DNA from: Caballeronia sp.
GTDB lineage: Bacteria; Pseudomonadota; Gammaproteobacteria; Burkholderiales; Burkholderiaceae
Assembly (NCBI GenBank): GCA_036009385.1
Contig: DASYLW010000003.1
Span: 1 to 53,780, forward strand
Direction of reading: 5' to 3'
Length of the DNA stretch: 53,780 bases
Positions within the stretch are counted from its first letter, which is position 1; each line of letters starts with the position of its first letter. Both the position numbers and the translations under genes were made by a program. This document shows positions 9,948 through 20,161 of this stretch, piece by piece. The notes beneath the pieces are model-generated. The model did not search any database and had not been told where the DNA came from. It saw only the letters and a list, made by a program, of their open reading frames with translations.

Positions 9948-10981
9948 GTCGGGATCCTCCTGCCGTCGGCGCGAAAATAGAGAAGACTGCGCGCGGGCAG
10001 CGACACGCCGACCGATTGCCCCGCGTTGAAATTGCGTTCCGTTACGGTCGTCGCGACCACGGCCGTGCCGTTGCGATCCAGAATCAGCAGATGACGCAGC
10101 GGCGAGTATTCGAGCACCTTCACGTCCATCACATTGCGCTCGCCATGCCCGCCTGACTCGCCTGTTTCCGCGACAACAATATCCTCCGGGCGTATCGCAA
10201 CGGTCGCCGTGCCTGCCGGCATGACCGTCGGATCGAAGAGCGTCGGCGGCAGCAGGTTGATCGGCGGCGAACCGAGACGCCGCGCCGCGCTCACGCATGC
10301 AGGATTGCTATAGACCTCTCGCGGCGTACCGAGCTGCACGAGCCGCCCATGTTCAAGAATGCCGATGCGATCCGCGAGCGTGGTCGCTTCCACCTGATCG
10401 TGCGTGACATACACAATAGTCGCGCCGATATTCCGGTGCAGGCGCTTCAGTTCGATCCGCAGTTCCTCGCGCAGCTTGGCATCGAGCGATGACAGCGGCT
10501 CGTCCATCAGGAACACGCGCGGCTCGCGAACCAGCGCGCGCCCGATCGCCACTCGCTGCATCTCGCCGCCCGACAGATGCGTCGCCATGTTGGCAAGCTT
10601 CGATTCCATATGCAGCATCGCGGCGACCGCCTGCACCCGCGCGCGTACATCGGCCTCGCTGATGCGACGGCGCGGTGAACGCAGCGGGAACGCGAGGTTG
10701 TCGAATACCGTCAGGTGCGGATAAAGCGAGTACTGCTGGAAGATGAACGCGACATCGCGATCGGACGGATGGACGTTGGTTGCCAACTTTCCGTTGATCA
10801 GGACATCACCGGTATCGGGTTTTTCCAGGCCCGCGATCAGGCGCAAGGTCGTGGTTTTTCCTGCGCCGCTCGGTCCAAGCAGCACGACGAATTCCCCGTC
10901 CTTTACGTCAATCGACAGCTCGTCCACCGCCAAGGTCGCGCCAAAATGCTTCGAGACGTTTTGTAGTTGCACCTCAGCCAT
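9944..10981 (-). CDS. Carbohydrate ABC transporter ATP-binding protein (MalK-like)
   Basis: Walker A GPSGAGKT, signature LSGGE, Walker B FLMDEP; start at MAEVQL. Confidence 0.93.
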   Translation of the reverse strand: MAEVQLQNVSKHFGATLAVDELSIDVKDGEFVVLLGPSGAGKTTTLRLIAGLEKPDTGDVLINGKLATNVHPSDRDVAFIFQQYSLYPHLTVFDNLAFPLRSPRRRISEADVRARVQAVAAMLHMESKLANMATHLSGGEMQRVAIGRALVREPRVFLMDEPLSSLDAKLREELRIELKRLHRNIGATIVYVTHDQVEATTLADRIGILEHGRLVQLGTPREVYSNPACVSAARRLGSPPINLLPPTLFDPTVMPAGTATVAIRPEDIVVAETGESGGHGERNVMDVKVLEYSPLRHLLILDRNGTAVVATTVTERNFNAGQSVGVSLPARSLLYFRADGRRIPT

Positions 10982-12077
10982 GAACATCTCCCGTTTGCGC
11001 GCTCGCCAGCTCAGCCGCCGGAAGCCTGCGACCCGACACCGCGTCATAGAGCAACGCGCGCTCCTTGCGAAACGACAGCCTGACCGGCGATCCGGCAGCG
11101 AGCCTCACCTCCTTGCCCACGCGCGCCCGCACGATGCCCGCAGCCGTTTCTATCATCAGCACCTGGTGGGAGCCCAAGAACTCGTCGGCGATCACCTTGC
11201 CGCGCAGCGCCCCGTGTTCATCGACGACAACATGCTCCGGGCGAATGCCCAGCAGCACGCTCGTGGCCGCAGCGTCGCAACGCGGCACCGTGATCGTCGC
11301 GCCATGCACTTGTACTTGCGTCGCACCAGCGGCGACGGGTCCGTCGACGGGCAGGAAATTCATCGGCGGACTGCCGATAAAATTGCCGACAAACACCGTC
11401 GCCGGAAAATGATAGATCTCGTGCGGCGCACCCGCTTGAAGCACCTCGCCGTGATTCATCACGACGATATCGTCGGCCATTGCCATCGCTTCGCTCTGGT
11501 CGTGCGTGACGTAGACGGTGGTCGCATTGAGCTGGTCGTGAAGCTTGCGCAATTCGAGGCACATCAGTTCGCGGAAGTCGGCATCGAGCGTGCCGAGCGG
11601 CTCATCCATCAGGAACGCCTTCGGCTGGCGAACAATGGCACGGCCCAACGCCACGCGCTGACGGTCGCCACCGGAAAGGCCACCGGTCTTCCGGTCGAGT
11701 ATCTCTTCAATGCGCAGCATGCGCGCCGCCGCATCCACCCGCGCCGTGATATCGCGGCGCGGCACATGCTCGTTCTTCAGCGGAAACGCAATGTTGTTGC
11801 GCACCGTCATATGCGGATAAAGCGCGAACATCTGGAACACGAAGGCAATGTCGCGCTGGCGTGCGCGCAGCGCCGTAACGTCCTCGCCGTCTATCAGTAT
11901 CTGGCCTGAAGTAGGCAGCTCCAGCCCGGCGATCATGCGCAAGGTGGTTGTCTTGCCGCAGCCCGACGGACCGAGCAGCACGACGAAACGCCCGGCGCCC
12001 ACGACGAGATCCGTGTTGCGCACCGCGACGAAATCGTCGAAGCGCTTGTGCAGGTTGACGAGCGTGATGGCGGACAT
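10974..12077 (-). CDS. Carbohydrate ABC transporter ATP-binding protein (MalK-like)
   Basis: Motifs GPSGCGKT, LSGGD, FLMDEP, YVTHDQ and FIGSPPMN. Confidence 0.93.
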   Translation of the reverse strand: MSAITLVNLHKRFDDFVAVRNTDLVVGAGRFVVLLGPSGCGKTTTLRMIAGLELPTSGQILIDGEDVTALRARQRDIAFVFQMFALYPHMTVRNNIAFPLKNEHVPRRDITARVDAAARMLRIEEILDRKTGGLSGGDRQRVALGRAIVRQPKAFLMDEPLGTLDADFRELMCLELRKLHDQLNATTVYVTHDQSEAMAMADDIVVMNHGEVLQAGAPHEIYHFPATVFVGNFIGSPPMNFLPVDGPVAAGATQVQVHGATITVPRCDAAATSVLLGIRPEHVVVDEHGALRGKVIADEFLGSHQVLMIETAAGIVRARVGKEVRLAAGSPVRLSFRKERALLYDAVSGRRLPAAELASAQTGDVHG

Positions 12078-12080
12078 GGA

Positions 12081-12275
12081 TCAGCCCGGAAAATGGCTGG
12101 TGACGAGAAACGCCAGCGCGCCGGCGAGGATCACGGGAAACGACCACGTGAAGAGCGCAAGCGAAAACGGTTGCACGAGCATCGCGATGCCGGCGCCGAT
12201 CACGACGGTCGCCGCGGTTTCGCTATGGCCGCGCCGCAGGAAACGCTGGCGCGGCGCGACGAGTTGACGTTTCAT
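12081..12275 (-). CDS. Small two-helix membrane protein within the ABC operon
   Basis: 64 aa with a basic N-terminus and two hydrophobic segments; ATGA overlap with the upstream permease and 3-nt gap to the ATPase. Confidence 0.7.
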   Translation of the reverse strand: MKRQLVAPRQRFLRRGHSETAATVVIGAGIAMLVQPFSLALFTWSFPVILAGALAFLVTSHFPG

Positions 12276-13225
12276 TTGCGTACCGCTCCGAAGGTGATGC
12301 CGCGCAACAGGTGCTTGCGAAGCACGACGGTGAAAAAGAGGATCGGCAGGACGAACAGCGTCGTGGCCGCGGCAACGGCGGGCCAGTCCTGCCCGCCCTC
12401 ACCGATGATGAACGGTATGAACGGCGGCATGGTCTGCGCGTCGCCGCTCGTCAGGAGCGATGCGAACGCGTACTCGTTCCACGCGAAGATCAGGCAGAAG
12501 ATCGCTGTCGCCGCGATCCCGGTAATGGCCTGGGGCAGCACGACCTTCACGAACGCATGCAGTCGCGTATAGCCATCGACGAGCGCGGCTTCCTCGTACT
12601 CGCGCGGTATCTCGTCCATGAAGCCCTTCAGCAGCCACACGGCGAGCGAAACGTTGACTGCCGTATAGAGCACGATCATGCCGACATAGCTATCGCTCAA
12701 ACCCAGCGCGCGATACATCAGGTAGATAGGAATTGCGACCGCGATGGGCGGCATCATGCGCGTGGAGAGAATAAAGAACAGCAGGTCATCCGCCAGCGGC
12801 ACTTTGAAGCGCGAGAACGCATAGGCCGCGAGCGTGCCGAGAAACACGGCGAGAAAGGTCGAGCCGAAGCCAATCACCAGCGAATTGACGAAGCGCGGCA
12901 ACACCTTCGATGCCCCCGCGATCACCATGCCGCGCTTGCGCACATCGCGTTCATACCACGTCGTCGCAGGCGGCAGGCTCGCGATAAATTCGGGTGTCTG
13001 CCGAGAGTGGATCGTAAAGAGATTGACGTAGCCTTCGAGCGACGGCTGAAACAGCACGACCGGCGGATACGCAATCGCATCCTCCTGCGTCTTGAAGCTC
13101 GTCATGAAGATCCACGCTATCGGCAAGGTCGTCACGAGCGCATACACGATCACGACCATGGCCGCGAAGGTCTTGCCGCGAGGCGACGCGGCCACCACCG
13201 AATGAGCATTGCCGGGCGGTTTCAT
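12272..13225 (-). CDS. Carbohydrate ABC transporter permease (MalG-like)
   Basis: EAA loop EYEEAALVDG and AWNEY; start re-called at MKPP (ATGA overlap). Confidence 0.92.
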   Translation of the reverse strand: MKPPGNAHSVVAASPRGKTFAAMVVIVYALVTTLPIAWIFMTSFKTQEDAIAYPPVVLFQPSLEGYVNLFTIHSRQTPEFIASLPPATTWYERDVRKRGMVIAGASKVLPRFVNSLVIGFGSTFLAVFLGTLAAYAFSRFKVPLADDLLFFILSTRMMPPIAVAIPIYLMYRALGLSDSYVGMIVLYTAVNVSLAVWLLKGFMDEIPREYEEAALVDGYTRLHAFVKVVLPQAITGIAATAIFCLIFAWNEYAFASLLTSGDAQTMPPFIPFIIGEGGQDWPAVAAATTLFVLPILFFTVVLRKHLLRGITFGAVRK

Positions 13226-14178
13226 CGCTGTTTGATCCGGTTGAGCGCCTTGATATAGATGTTCGCTGCGCCGAACACCGTGACGAAGAGAATGATCGCA
13301 AGCGCCGACGAATAACCGGTCTGCCACTTTTCGAACGCGGCGCGCTTGAGCGTGATCGAAACGGTCTCCGTGACCGAGCCAGGACCGCCGGACGTCAGCA
13401 GGTTCACCATATCGAACATCTTGAAGTTTTCGATGCCGCGAAACAGCACGGCCAGCATCAGGAACGGCATGGTCATGGGCAGTGTGATTGACCAGAACTG
13501 GCGCCAGGGTGTCGCGCGATCCACTTCCGCGGCCTCATAGATATAGTCGGGAATCGAGCGCAGTCCCGCGAGGCAAATCAGCATCACGTAGGGCGTCCAC
13601 ATCCAGGTATCGACCATGACGATGGTCCACGGCGCGAGCGGCACGTCGCCGATCATCTGGAACGAGGCCGGTGAAATGCCGGTGACAAGGCTGACTACAT
13701 CGTTGAACAAGCCCGTCTGCGGCTGAAGCAGAAAGGTCCAGAAATTGCCGACGACCGCAGGCGACAGCATCATCGGCAAGAGGATCAGGGTGGTCCAGAA
13801 GCTGTGGCCGCGGAATTGCCGGTTGATCAGGAGCGCAAGGCCGAAGCCAAGCAACACTTCGAGGCTCACCGACCAGAACACGAAACGCGCGGTGACCTGC
13901 ATGGCGTACCAGATGTCTTCGTCGGTCAGGATATCGATGTAGTTGTCGATGCCGATGAACCGTGCCGGCACGCTCGGCATGTTCGATTTGAAATTCGTGA
14001 ACGACAGCCGCAACGCCCAGATCAACGGGAAAATATTGATCGCGAGCAATAGCAGAATGGTCGGAAGGATGAAGAGCCATGCAATGGTGCGATCCGACAG
14101 GCCGCGCAAGCTGCCGCCGCTGCGCGTCCCTCGCCCGGACTCCAGCTCCTGCGAAACAAAAGGCTTGTCTGCCAGCAT
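13222..14178 (-). CDS. Carbohydrate ABC transporter permease (MalF-like)
   Basis: Motifs WMWTPY, YEAAEVDRA and SGGPG; start at MLADK with GAGGAGG RBS. Confidence 0.92.
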   Translation of the reverse strand: MLADKPFVSQELESGRGTRSGGSLRGLSDRTIAWLFILPTILLLLAINIFPLIWALRLSFTNFKSNMPSVPARFIGIDNYIDILTDEDIWYAMQVTARFVFWSVSLEVLLGFGLALLINRQFRGHSFWTTLILLPMMLSPAVVGNFWTFLLQPQTGLFNDVVSLVTGISPASFQMIGDVPLAPWTIVMVDTWMWTPYVMLICLAGLRSIPDYIYEAAEVDRATPWRQFWSITLPMTMPFLMLAVLFRGIENFKMFDMVNLLTSGGPGSVTETVSITLKRAAFEKWQTGYSSALAIILFVTVFGAANIYIKALNRIKQR

Positions 14179-14243
14179 GCCCGCCTCCTCGTGGCGTACC
14201 GGCGCGGCCATGTGACCGCCGCCAGTACTGATGCTTGAACGCC

Positions 14244-15572
14244 CTACTTGCCTTCCTGCTTGAACACCTTGTTCCAGTCCTTGACGAGCAGATCGAGCGC
14301 CTCCTTCGCCGAGCCCTTGTCCGCCACGACGTAGTCATGCACGCGCTTTTGCATGTCGAGCAAGAGTTCCGCGTAGGCAGGCTCGGCCCAGAAGTCCTTG
14401 ACGATTTCCATCGATTTCAGGAACGCCGGTGCGAACGGTGCGCTCGTCGGGAAACTCGGGTCCTGTACGACCGATTTCGCCGCCGAATAGCCACCGATTT
14501 GCCACCATTTCTTCTGCACATCGGCTTGGGCGAACCACTTGATGTATTCGAGCGCGTCCTCCTTGTGGTCGGAGTAAGAGACGACCGATATCCCCTGCCC
14601 GCCGAGCTGCGTGAATTGCTGAAGTTCTTTTGGCGTCACAAAGAAACCGATCTTGTCGCCGCCGACGTTCGGGTCTTTATAGAGTCCCGGGAAGAATGCA
14701 AACCAGTTCATCTGCATCGCGACCTGACCCGACTTGAACGCGTCGAGGCCTTCCTGCATGTAGGCGTTCGTCATGCCCGGCGCCGTGCAGCACTTGTAGA
14801 GCGCCTTGTAGAACTCCAGCCCCTTGACTGCATTGGGCGAATTGACGAAGCCGTCGAGGTGATACGGCTTCTTCGGATCTTCGTACTGGAAGCCCCACGC
14901 GTAGAGGGCGTTCGTCACGCCCATGGTGATGCCCTCGGACCCACGTTCGGTGAAGATATAGACGCCGTACACGGTCTTGCCGTCGATCTTGCGGCGCTGG
15001 AAGAACTCGGCGGTCTGCTTGAGTTCGTCCATGGTGGCGGGCGGTGCCAGTTCGCGTTTGTATTTCTGCTTGAACTCGGCGCGCAACTCGGGCCTCGCAA
15101 ACCAGTCCTTCCTATACGTCCAACCGACGGCATCGGCCATGGCCGGGAGCGCCCAGTAGTTCGCTGTGTTCTTCGGCCATTCCGCGTAGCCGACGACCGT
15201 TGCCGGCATGAAGTCGTCCATCGATATCTTGTTCTTCGTGAAGAAGTCGTTGAGCTTCACGTAGTGGCCGTTGACCGCCGCGCCGCCGATCCACTGACTA
15301 TCGCCGATGATCAGATCGCACAGCTTGCCGTGCGCGTTGAGCTCATTGATGAAGCGGTCGGCATAGCTTGTCCATGGCACGAACTCGAACTTCATCTGTA
15401 TGCCGGTCTTGGCTGTGAAATCCTTCGATAACTCGACGAGTGCGTTCGCCGGGTCCCATGCGGCCCAGCACAGCGTCAGTTGCTTCGCCTGCGCCTGCGC
15501 GCCCGAAGCCATGCCAAGCCCCAGCGCCAAGGCGAGCGCTGCAGCCACCCTTTTTGATGTAAGCCGTAACAT
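14244..15572 (-). CDS. Carbohydrate/polyol ABC transporter substrate-binding protein
   Basis: Sec signal peptide ending AQA; SBP family 1-like sequence; AGGAG RBS before MLRL. Confidence 0.9.
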   Translation of the reverse strand: MLRLTSKRVAAALALALGLGMASGAQAQAKQLTLCWAAWDPANALVELSKDFTAKTGIQMKFEFVPWTSYADRFINELNAHGKLCDLIIGDSQWIGGAAVNGHYVKLNDFFTKNKISMDDFMPATVVGYAEWPKNTANYWALPAMADAVGWTYRKDWFARPELRAEFKQKYKRELAPPATMDELKQTAEFFQRRKIDGKTVYGVYIFTERGSEGITMGVTNALYAWGFQYEDPKKPYHLDGFVNSPNAVKGLEFYKALYKCCTAPGMTNAYMQEGLDAFKSGQVAMQMNWFAFFPGLYKDPNVGGDKIGFFVTPKELQQFTQLGGQGISVVSYSDHKEDALEYIKWFAQADVQKKWWQIGGYSAAKSVVQDPSFPTSAPFAPAFLKSMEIVKDFWAEPAYAELLLDMQKRVHDYVVADKGSAKEALDLLVKDWNKVFKQEGK

Positions 15573-15683
15573 GTTTCTTCTCCTTTTATTTCGGTCTCCG
15601 ATCATTTCGACGATTGGCGCTCATGCGCTGGGCACCGTGTTTCGGCTCTGCGGATTCAGGCATTGGTCCGCGTGTCGCGAGCG

Positions 15684-16703
15684 TCAGGCATGCGCATTCT
15701 CACGAAGGTAAATCCGGGTTTCCGGCGTCGGAATGGCGAGCGCGCCCCGCACGTCGTTCAGAAAATTGAGGGCAGCGAGTCCCGCCCAGTGCACGATGCC
15801 GCGCACGTCCTGATCGAGGATCACGTCAATCGCGCGCTCGGCGAGCTGGGCGCGCGTCTGCGCCGTGCAGCCGTGGCCGATCAGGACCACGCGCTCCTTG
15901 TCTCCGAACTCCTGGAGCGCCGACGCAATGCCGGCGATACCGCCGCCCGTTACATAGACGCCCACGAGATCCGTATGGCGCGCGAGCAGGCCCTGCGCCG
16001 CGAGGCCGGCGCCGTCGTCATCTTCGGTAAAGTCGGGTTCTGCGACCCAGCGCAGATTGCGAAAGTCTTCTTCGAGGACTTGCGAAAAACCGGTGCGCCG
16101 TTCGAGTTGGTCGTGCAGGCGCGACGATCCCGATAGCACCGCAACCGTGCCGATGCGCGCGCCCAGAAAGAGGCCCACCAACAGTCCGGCGGTGCGTCCG
16201 GCAATGCGGTTATCGACGCCTACATATGCTGCCCTGGCGCTGCCCGGCAGGTCGGAAAACACCGTGACGACGGGTACGCCGGCGCTGCTCAGTTCGTCGA
16301 TGAAGTGGGCGACCCATGGGTAGTCCAGAGGCGCCATGACTACTGCGTCGTATGTGATCGCTTGCTCCGAAAACGATGCGGTGTCGCGTTGAACCGCGAA
16401 ATCGCAGCGGTAGAACGACGAGGTGATGCGATGCTCACGAAAAAAACTCGCGGACAACGCAATGTCGCGTTCCACGTGATCGAAGAAGCGGGAATTGATT
16501 TGCGGAAGAACGAACGCAATGCGCAACGAGGTGGCTTTCGCGGGACGGCCACGGCTTGCACGATCATCGCGCAGATTGGCGAGTGCAAGATGAACGCGTT
16601 CGGCGGTCTCGGGACGCACCGCCAGGTCGTCGCGCAGGACGCGATCGACAGTCGCCACGCTGACGCCGGCTCGCCGCGCAATCATCATCCGTGTAGCCGG
16701 CAT
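15684..16703 (-). CDS. LacI family transcriptional regulator
   Basis: HTH IARRAGVSVATVDRVL followed by a periplasmic-binding-protein-like domain (YVGVDNRIAGRTAG). Confidence 0.9.
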   Translation of the reverse strand: MPATRMMIARRAGVSVATVDRVLRDDLAVRPETAERVHLALANLRDDRASRGRPAKATSLRIAFVLPQINSRFFDHVERDIALSASFFREHRITSSFYRCDFAVQRDTASFSEQAITYDAVVMAPLDYPWVAHFIDELSSAGVPVVTVFSDLPGSARAAYVGVDNRIAGRTAGLLVGLFLGARIGTVAVLSGSSRLHDQLERRTGFSQVLEEDFRNLRWVAEPDFTEDDDGAGLAAQGLLARHTDLVGVYVTGGGIAGIASALQEFGDKERVVLIGHGCTAQTRAQLAERAIDVILDQDVRGIVHWAGLAALNFLNDVRGALAIPTPETRIYLRENAHA

Positions 16704-16723
16704 AGTCTCCTCCGCCGCGCTGC

Positions 16724-16819
16724 TGAAAACCTTTTTTGTTTATCAAAGATAGATTTTCCGGTGGAAAATGCAAGCTTATTTATTGCGATAAAGCCATCAT
16801 GGCGGTTTTCAATGATGGC
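16724..16819. promoter_or_regulatory. AT-rich promoter region of the lacI-ABC-dhaLK operon with dyad sites
   Basis: Palindrome ATTTTCC-GGT-GGAAAAT (16753-16769) and inverted repeat GCCATCAT...ATGATGGC (16793-16819). Confidence 0.45.
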
Positions 16820-16876
16820 ATTCATTGATATGGATAACTTACTTAATAGACGACCATGCTTGAGGAAACACTGCAG

Positions 16877-19800
16877 CTACGCGGCGAGGAACGCGTGCAC
16901 GGCAACCAGGTAACGCTTGAATCCGGCATCCCGAAGTACCTCGCCGACGCGCTCAAGTTCGCGGCGCGTGGCATTGTCAGCGTGGCCTTGCAGGCAGAGG
17001 GCAAGCACACGGCCACGCGCCGCGAATAGTGCCGCCCAAGGCAGCGGCTCGAGTCGCGTATATTCCTCAAGGCCCGTCACGTAGCGCAGCGCGCCGGACG
17101 CGTCGCCAACCGCAAGCATCGCTTCGATGGCGTCGCGGTAGAACCACAGGTGATTGTGACCAACCGCGCCGAGACGCAGCAGTTCGGCACCCTTCGCCAG
17201 GAAACGCGCCCGCTCGGCGTCGTCCTCGACCGCACGGCACAACGCGCCCACGGCCTTGGGAGCGCTGAACTGCATGCCGACCTCGCCACAGATCGCCAGC
17301 GCTTCATGCAGCAGGCTTGCGGCGTCTTTCCGGCGACCGCAATCAAGCAGCACGCGCGCCTGCATCTCCATGTTTTGTGCCTCGAAGCGGCGCGCTCCCA
17401 GTTGCCGGATCAGCTGCATCTCCTGCTCGAGATGGACTTGGGTCGCCTGCACGTCGCCCATTTCGAGGCAGGCAAAGACACCTAGCGTCTCGCCCAGCAT
17501 CTGCGCGCGTGGCTGTCCAACAAGCGTTGCCGCACGCACTGCGGCAACCGCGTCCTCACGTGCTTGGTGCGCCTCGTTGAGGTACATCCGGCTGAAACCC
17601 TGCATCGGACGATTCGCGACCTCGATGCGGCCGAGACCGTGTTCGCGACTCAACGTAACGCAACGGCTGAAGTGTTCGAAAGCCGTCCGCATTCGCCCTT
17701 GCGCATAGGCTGCGTCGGCAAGGCCGCCGAGAGCGCGCGCCTCCGCTTCGGGAAGGCCCACGCGCCGCGCATACGATAGCCCTCGCTCATGCTCGGCGCG
17801 GCATTCCTCGATCTTGCCGAGAGGGAAGAGGATATTTCCACGCAGGTGGTGCAGGCGCGCGAGTTCCGACACCATGTCATCGCGTTCCGCCACCTTCTGG
17901 GCCGCTTCCAGCAGAACGAGGGCCTCAGCAAGACCTTCATTGACGCGCAAGCCCTCTGCCAGCCCGAGCTGCGACCGGCATACGCCCGGTTCGTCCGGCG
18001 CAGCGGCCAATGCCGCCCGGTACGTGTCAAGCGACGCCGCAATATCACCGAGGTCCCGTTGCAGTTCGCCCTTGAGGCAGATGAGCGCGTGACGATTCGT
18101 GTCCGTCTTCGCGAGTTCGAGGCCTCGTTCGATCAGGCGTACCGCCGCCTCGATAAAGTAGGCCGTGCGTTGCGCGACAGCCGCGTCAAGATACGCCTGC
18201 GGGGCGCGGTCATCGTCGGCGCGATCGAGATGCTGCGCGTACAGCACCGGGTCGGTAGCCGCGAACCAGTCGGCGGCTCGCCGGTGCAACTCCCGCCGGC
18301 GTGTTCGCAGCAGCGTCGAGTAGGCACCTTCCTGAATCAACGCGTGCGCGAACAGGAGATCGTCGCCTTCCGGCACCACAAGCGCATTGGCGACCAGCGC
18401 ATCGCAGACGTAGTCAGGTTCATCAATGAGCCGGCGCAACAACGCCATGTCGAAGCGCTGCCCGATCACCGCGGCCGCCTGAAACGCCTGGCGGTCGCGC
18501 AGGGTCAGCCGGTCCATGCGCGCTAGCACCAGGCATTGGATCGAGGCGGGGACAGCCTCACCACTACCTTCTTCGGCGTTGCGCAGGAGCTGCTCGAGGA
18601 ATAGCGGATTGCCGCCCGCCCGCTCGATGCAGGTGAGCGCTACACGCTGGCTGGCGTCAATGAAGGCTCCCGCAAGGCTCAAAGCCTCGTCTCTTCGCAG
18701 CGGCCCGAGATCGAGGGTGGCAAACGGCGTACCGCGACAGCGCGTTCGCCAAGCGGCGTCGAGTGGATCTCCTTCCACGCGCGATGTCATTACGAGCAGG
18801 CCCGCGCCGTTGGCAACGCCCGAGGCGAAGGCCGCGAGGTCGTCGAGCACCTGCGGGTCGGCCCAATGGAGGTCCTCCATGACGATCATGACCGGCCCAT
18901 TCCGGCATGCATTTTCAGTCAGCGTCGCGATGAGCGCTTGCTTGCCGCGTTTGCGCGCGCCGTGTGCCATCGCATCGTAGAGGGTCCGCCACTCACCGGA
19001 TTGCGGCAGATCCAGAAGATCATGGAGGAACACGATCTGCTCAGGCTTGACGACGCCGGCCGAGACGACACGCTCGACGGCGATGCTTAACTCGGCGCCA
19101 CCTGCGGTGGGCGACAGGCCGAGCAGGCTGCCAATGACAGCTCGCACCGGATCCTGAGCTCTGCCGACCCCGAAATCCAGCACGAGGCCGCGATGGATCT
19201 CAAATCCCTGCGTCTGCGCGACGCCGCGCATCTCGTTGACAAGCCGCGTCTTGCCGATTCCCGCATCGCCACGAATATAGACGACATGGCCTGCCGGCCC
19301 GGCGAGACATGCGCGGACAATCCCGTGGAATTGTTCGAGTTCAGCCTTTCGTCCGACGAAATGACCGCGGCTGGCAGTCAACGGCTCGCCCGCCATGCTG
19401 CGCAGCCGCCATACTCGCAGCGGCGTATCGATACCCTTGAAGCGCATGTCGCCGGCCGGGTCGCAGACTGCATAGTCGCCGAGCGCGCGGCGGACGCCGT
19501 CGGAAACCAGGGTTTCACCGGTCTTGGCCGCTGCCACGAGCCGCGCGGCGAGATTGACCGGATCGCCGTGCACTGTGTAGTCCTGCGCGTCGGCACGTCC
19601 GAGCGCGCCCGCGACAACCTCACCACTGGCAATTCCCACGTGCGCCTGCAAAGGACGCGATGCCTGCGCGTCAAGCTGAGCCAGCGCATCGTGAATTTCC
19701 AGCGCGGCCCGCGCCGCGCGCACGGTATCGGAATCGTGTGCGCGCGGAGCACCGAACAGCGCCATGACGGCATCGCCGATGTGCTTGTCGATCGTGCCGC

Positions 19801-20161
19801 CGTAAGCGAGCACGATCCCGTCTACAAGCGCGGTATAGCGGCCCACGACTTCGCGCAATTCTTCCGGATCGAGCGACTGCGACAGCGCGGTAAATCCGCA
19901 CAGGTCAGCAAATAGAATGGTGACCTGTCTGCGCTCATCCGCTTGCACGTCGACCACGGACGGCGTCGCGCAAGACGCTGCCGTGGCGAGTTCGGAAATG
20001 GAACAGAGCATGCGCTTGCGGTGGCCAAGGGAATGAACCCCGAGCTCCTTGAGATCCGCGTCGGTCAGTCCGGGCAACATCGCGAAGTCGACGTCGTTGT
20101 CGGCAAATGTGCGCGCGTATTGCTCAAGCCCGAACAGGCTCAGCCATCGTTCAATATCCAT
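16877..20161 (-). CDS. SAM domain + class III adenylate cyclase + AAA/STAND ATPase + TPR-like protein
   Basis: SAM (WLSLFGLEQY...DLKELGV), cyclase (LFADLCGFT, KHIGDA, YTVHGDPVNLAARL), Walker A GDAGIGKT, Walker B MEDLHWAD, GGNPLF and helical repeats. Start re-called at MDIER. Confidence 0.92.
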   Translation of the reverse strand: MDIERWLSLFGLEQYARTFADNDVDFAMLPGLTDADLKELGVHSLGHRKRMLCSISELATAASCATPSVVDVQADERRQVTILFADLCGFTALSQSLDPEELREVVGRYTALVDGIVLAYGGTIDKHIGDAVMALFGAPRAHDSDTVRAARAALEIHDALAQLDAQASRPLQAHVGIASGEVVAGALGRADAQDYTVHGDPVNLAARLVAAAKTGETLVSDGVRRALGDYAVCDPAGDMRFKGIDTPLRVWRLRSMAGEPLTASRGHFVGRKAELEQFHGIVRACLAGPAGHVVYIRGDAGIGKTRLVNEMRGVAQTQGFEIHRGLVLDFGVGRAQDPVRAVIGSLLGLSPTAGGAELSIAVERVVSAGVVKPEQIVFLHDLLDLPQSGEWRTLYDAMAHGARKRGKQALIATLTENACRNGPVMIVMEDLHWADPQVLDDLAAFASGVANGAGLLVMTSRVEGDPLDAAWRTRCRGTPFATLDLGPLRRDEALSLAGAFIDASQRVALTCIERAGGNPLFLEQLLRNAEEGSGEAVPASIQCLVLARMDRLTLRDRQAFQAAAVIGQRFDMALLRRLIDEPDYVCDALVANALVVPEGDDLLFAHALIQEGAYSTLLRTRRRELHRRAADWFAATDPVLYAQHLDRADDDRAPQAYLDAAVAQRTAYFIEAAVRLIERGLELAKTDTNRHALICLKGELQRDLGDIAASLDTYRAALAAAPDEPGVCRSQLGLAEGLRVNEGLAEALVLLEAAQKVAERDDMVSELARLHHLRGNILFPLGKIEECRAEHERGLSYARRVGLPEAEARALGGLADAAYAQGRMRTAFEHFSRCVTLSREHGLGRIEVANRPMQGFSRMYLNEAHQAREDAVAAVRAATLVGQPRAQMLGETLGVFACLEMGDVQATQVHLEQEMQLIRQLGARRFEAQNMEMQARVLLDCGRRKDAASLLHEALAICGEVGMQFSAPKAVGALCRAVEDDAERARFLAKGAELLRLGAVGHNHLWFYRDAIEAMLAVGDASGALRYVTGLEEYTRLEPLPWAALFAARGRVLALCLQGHADNATRRELERVGEVLRDAGFKRYLVAVHAFLAA

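Noticed and set aside
10743-15431. Plus-strand ORFs of 388, 315 and 398 aa opposite the ABC genes
   Set aside because: Antisense shadows with no recognisable motifs.
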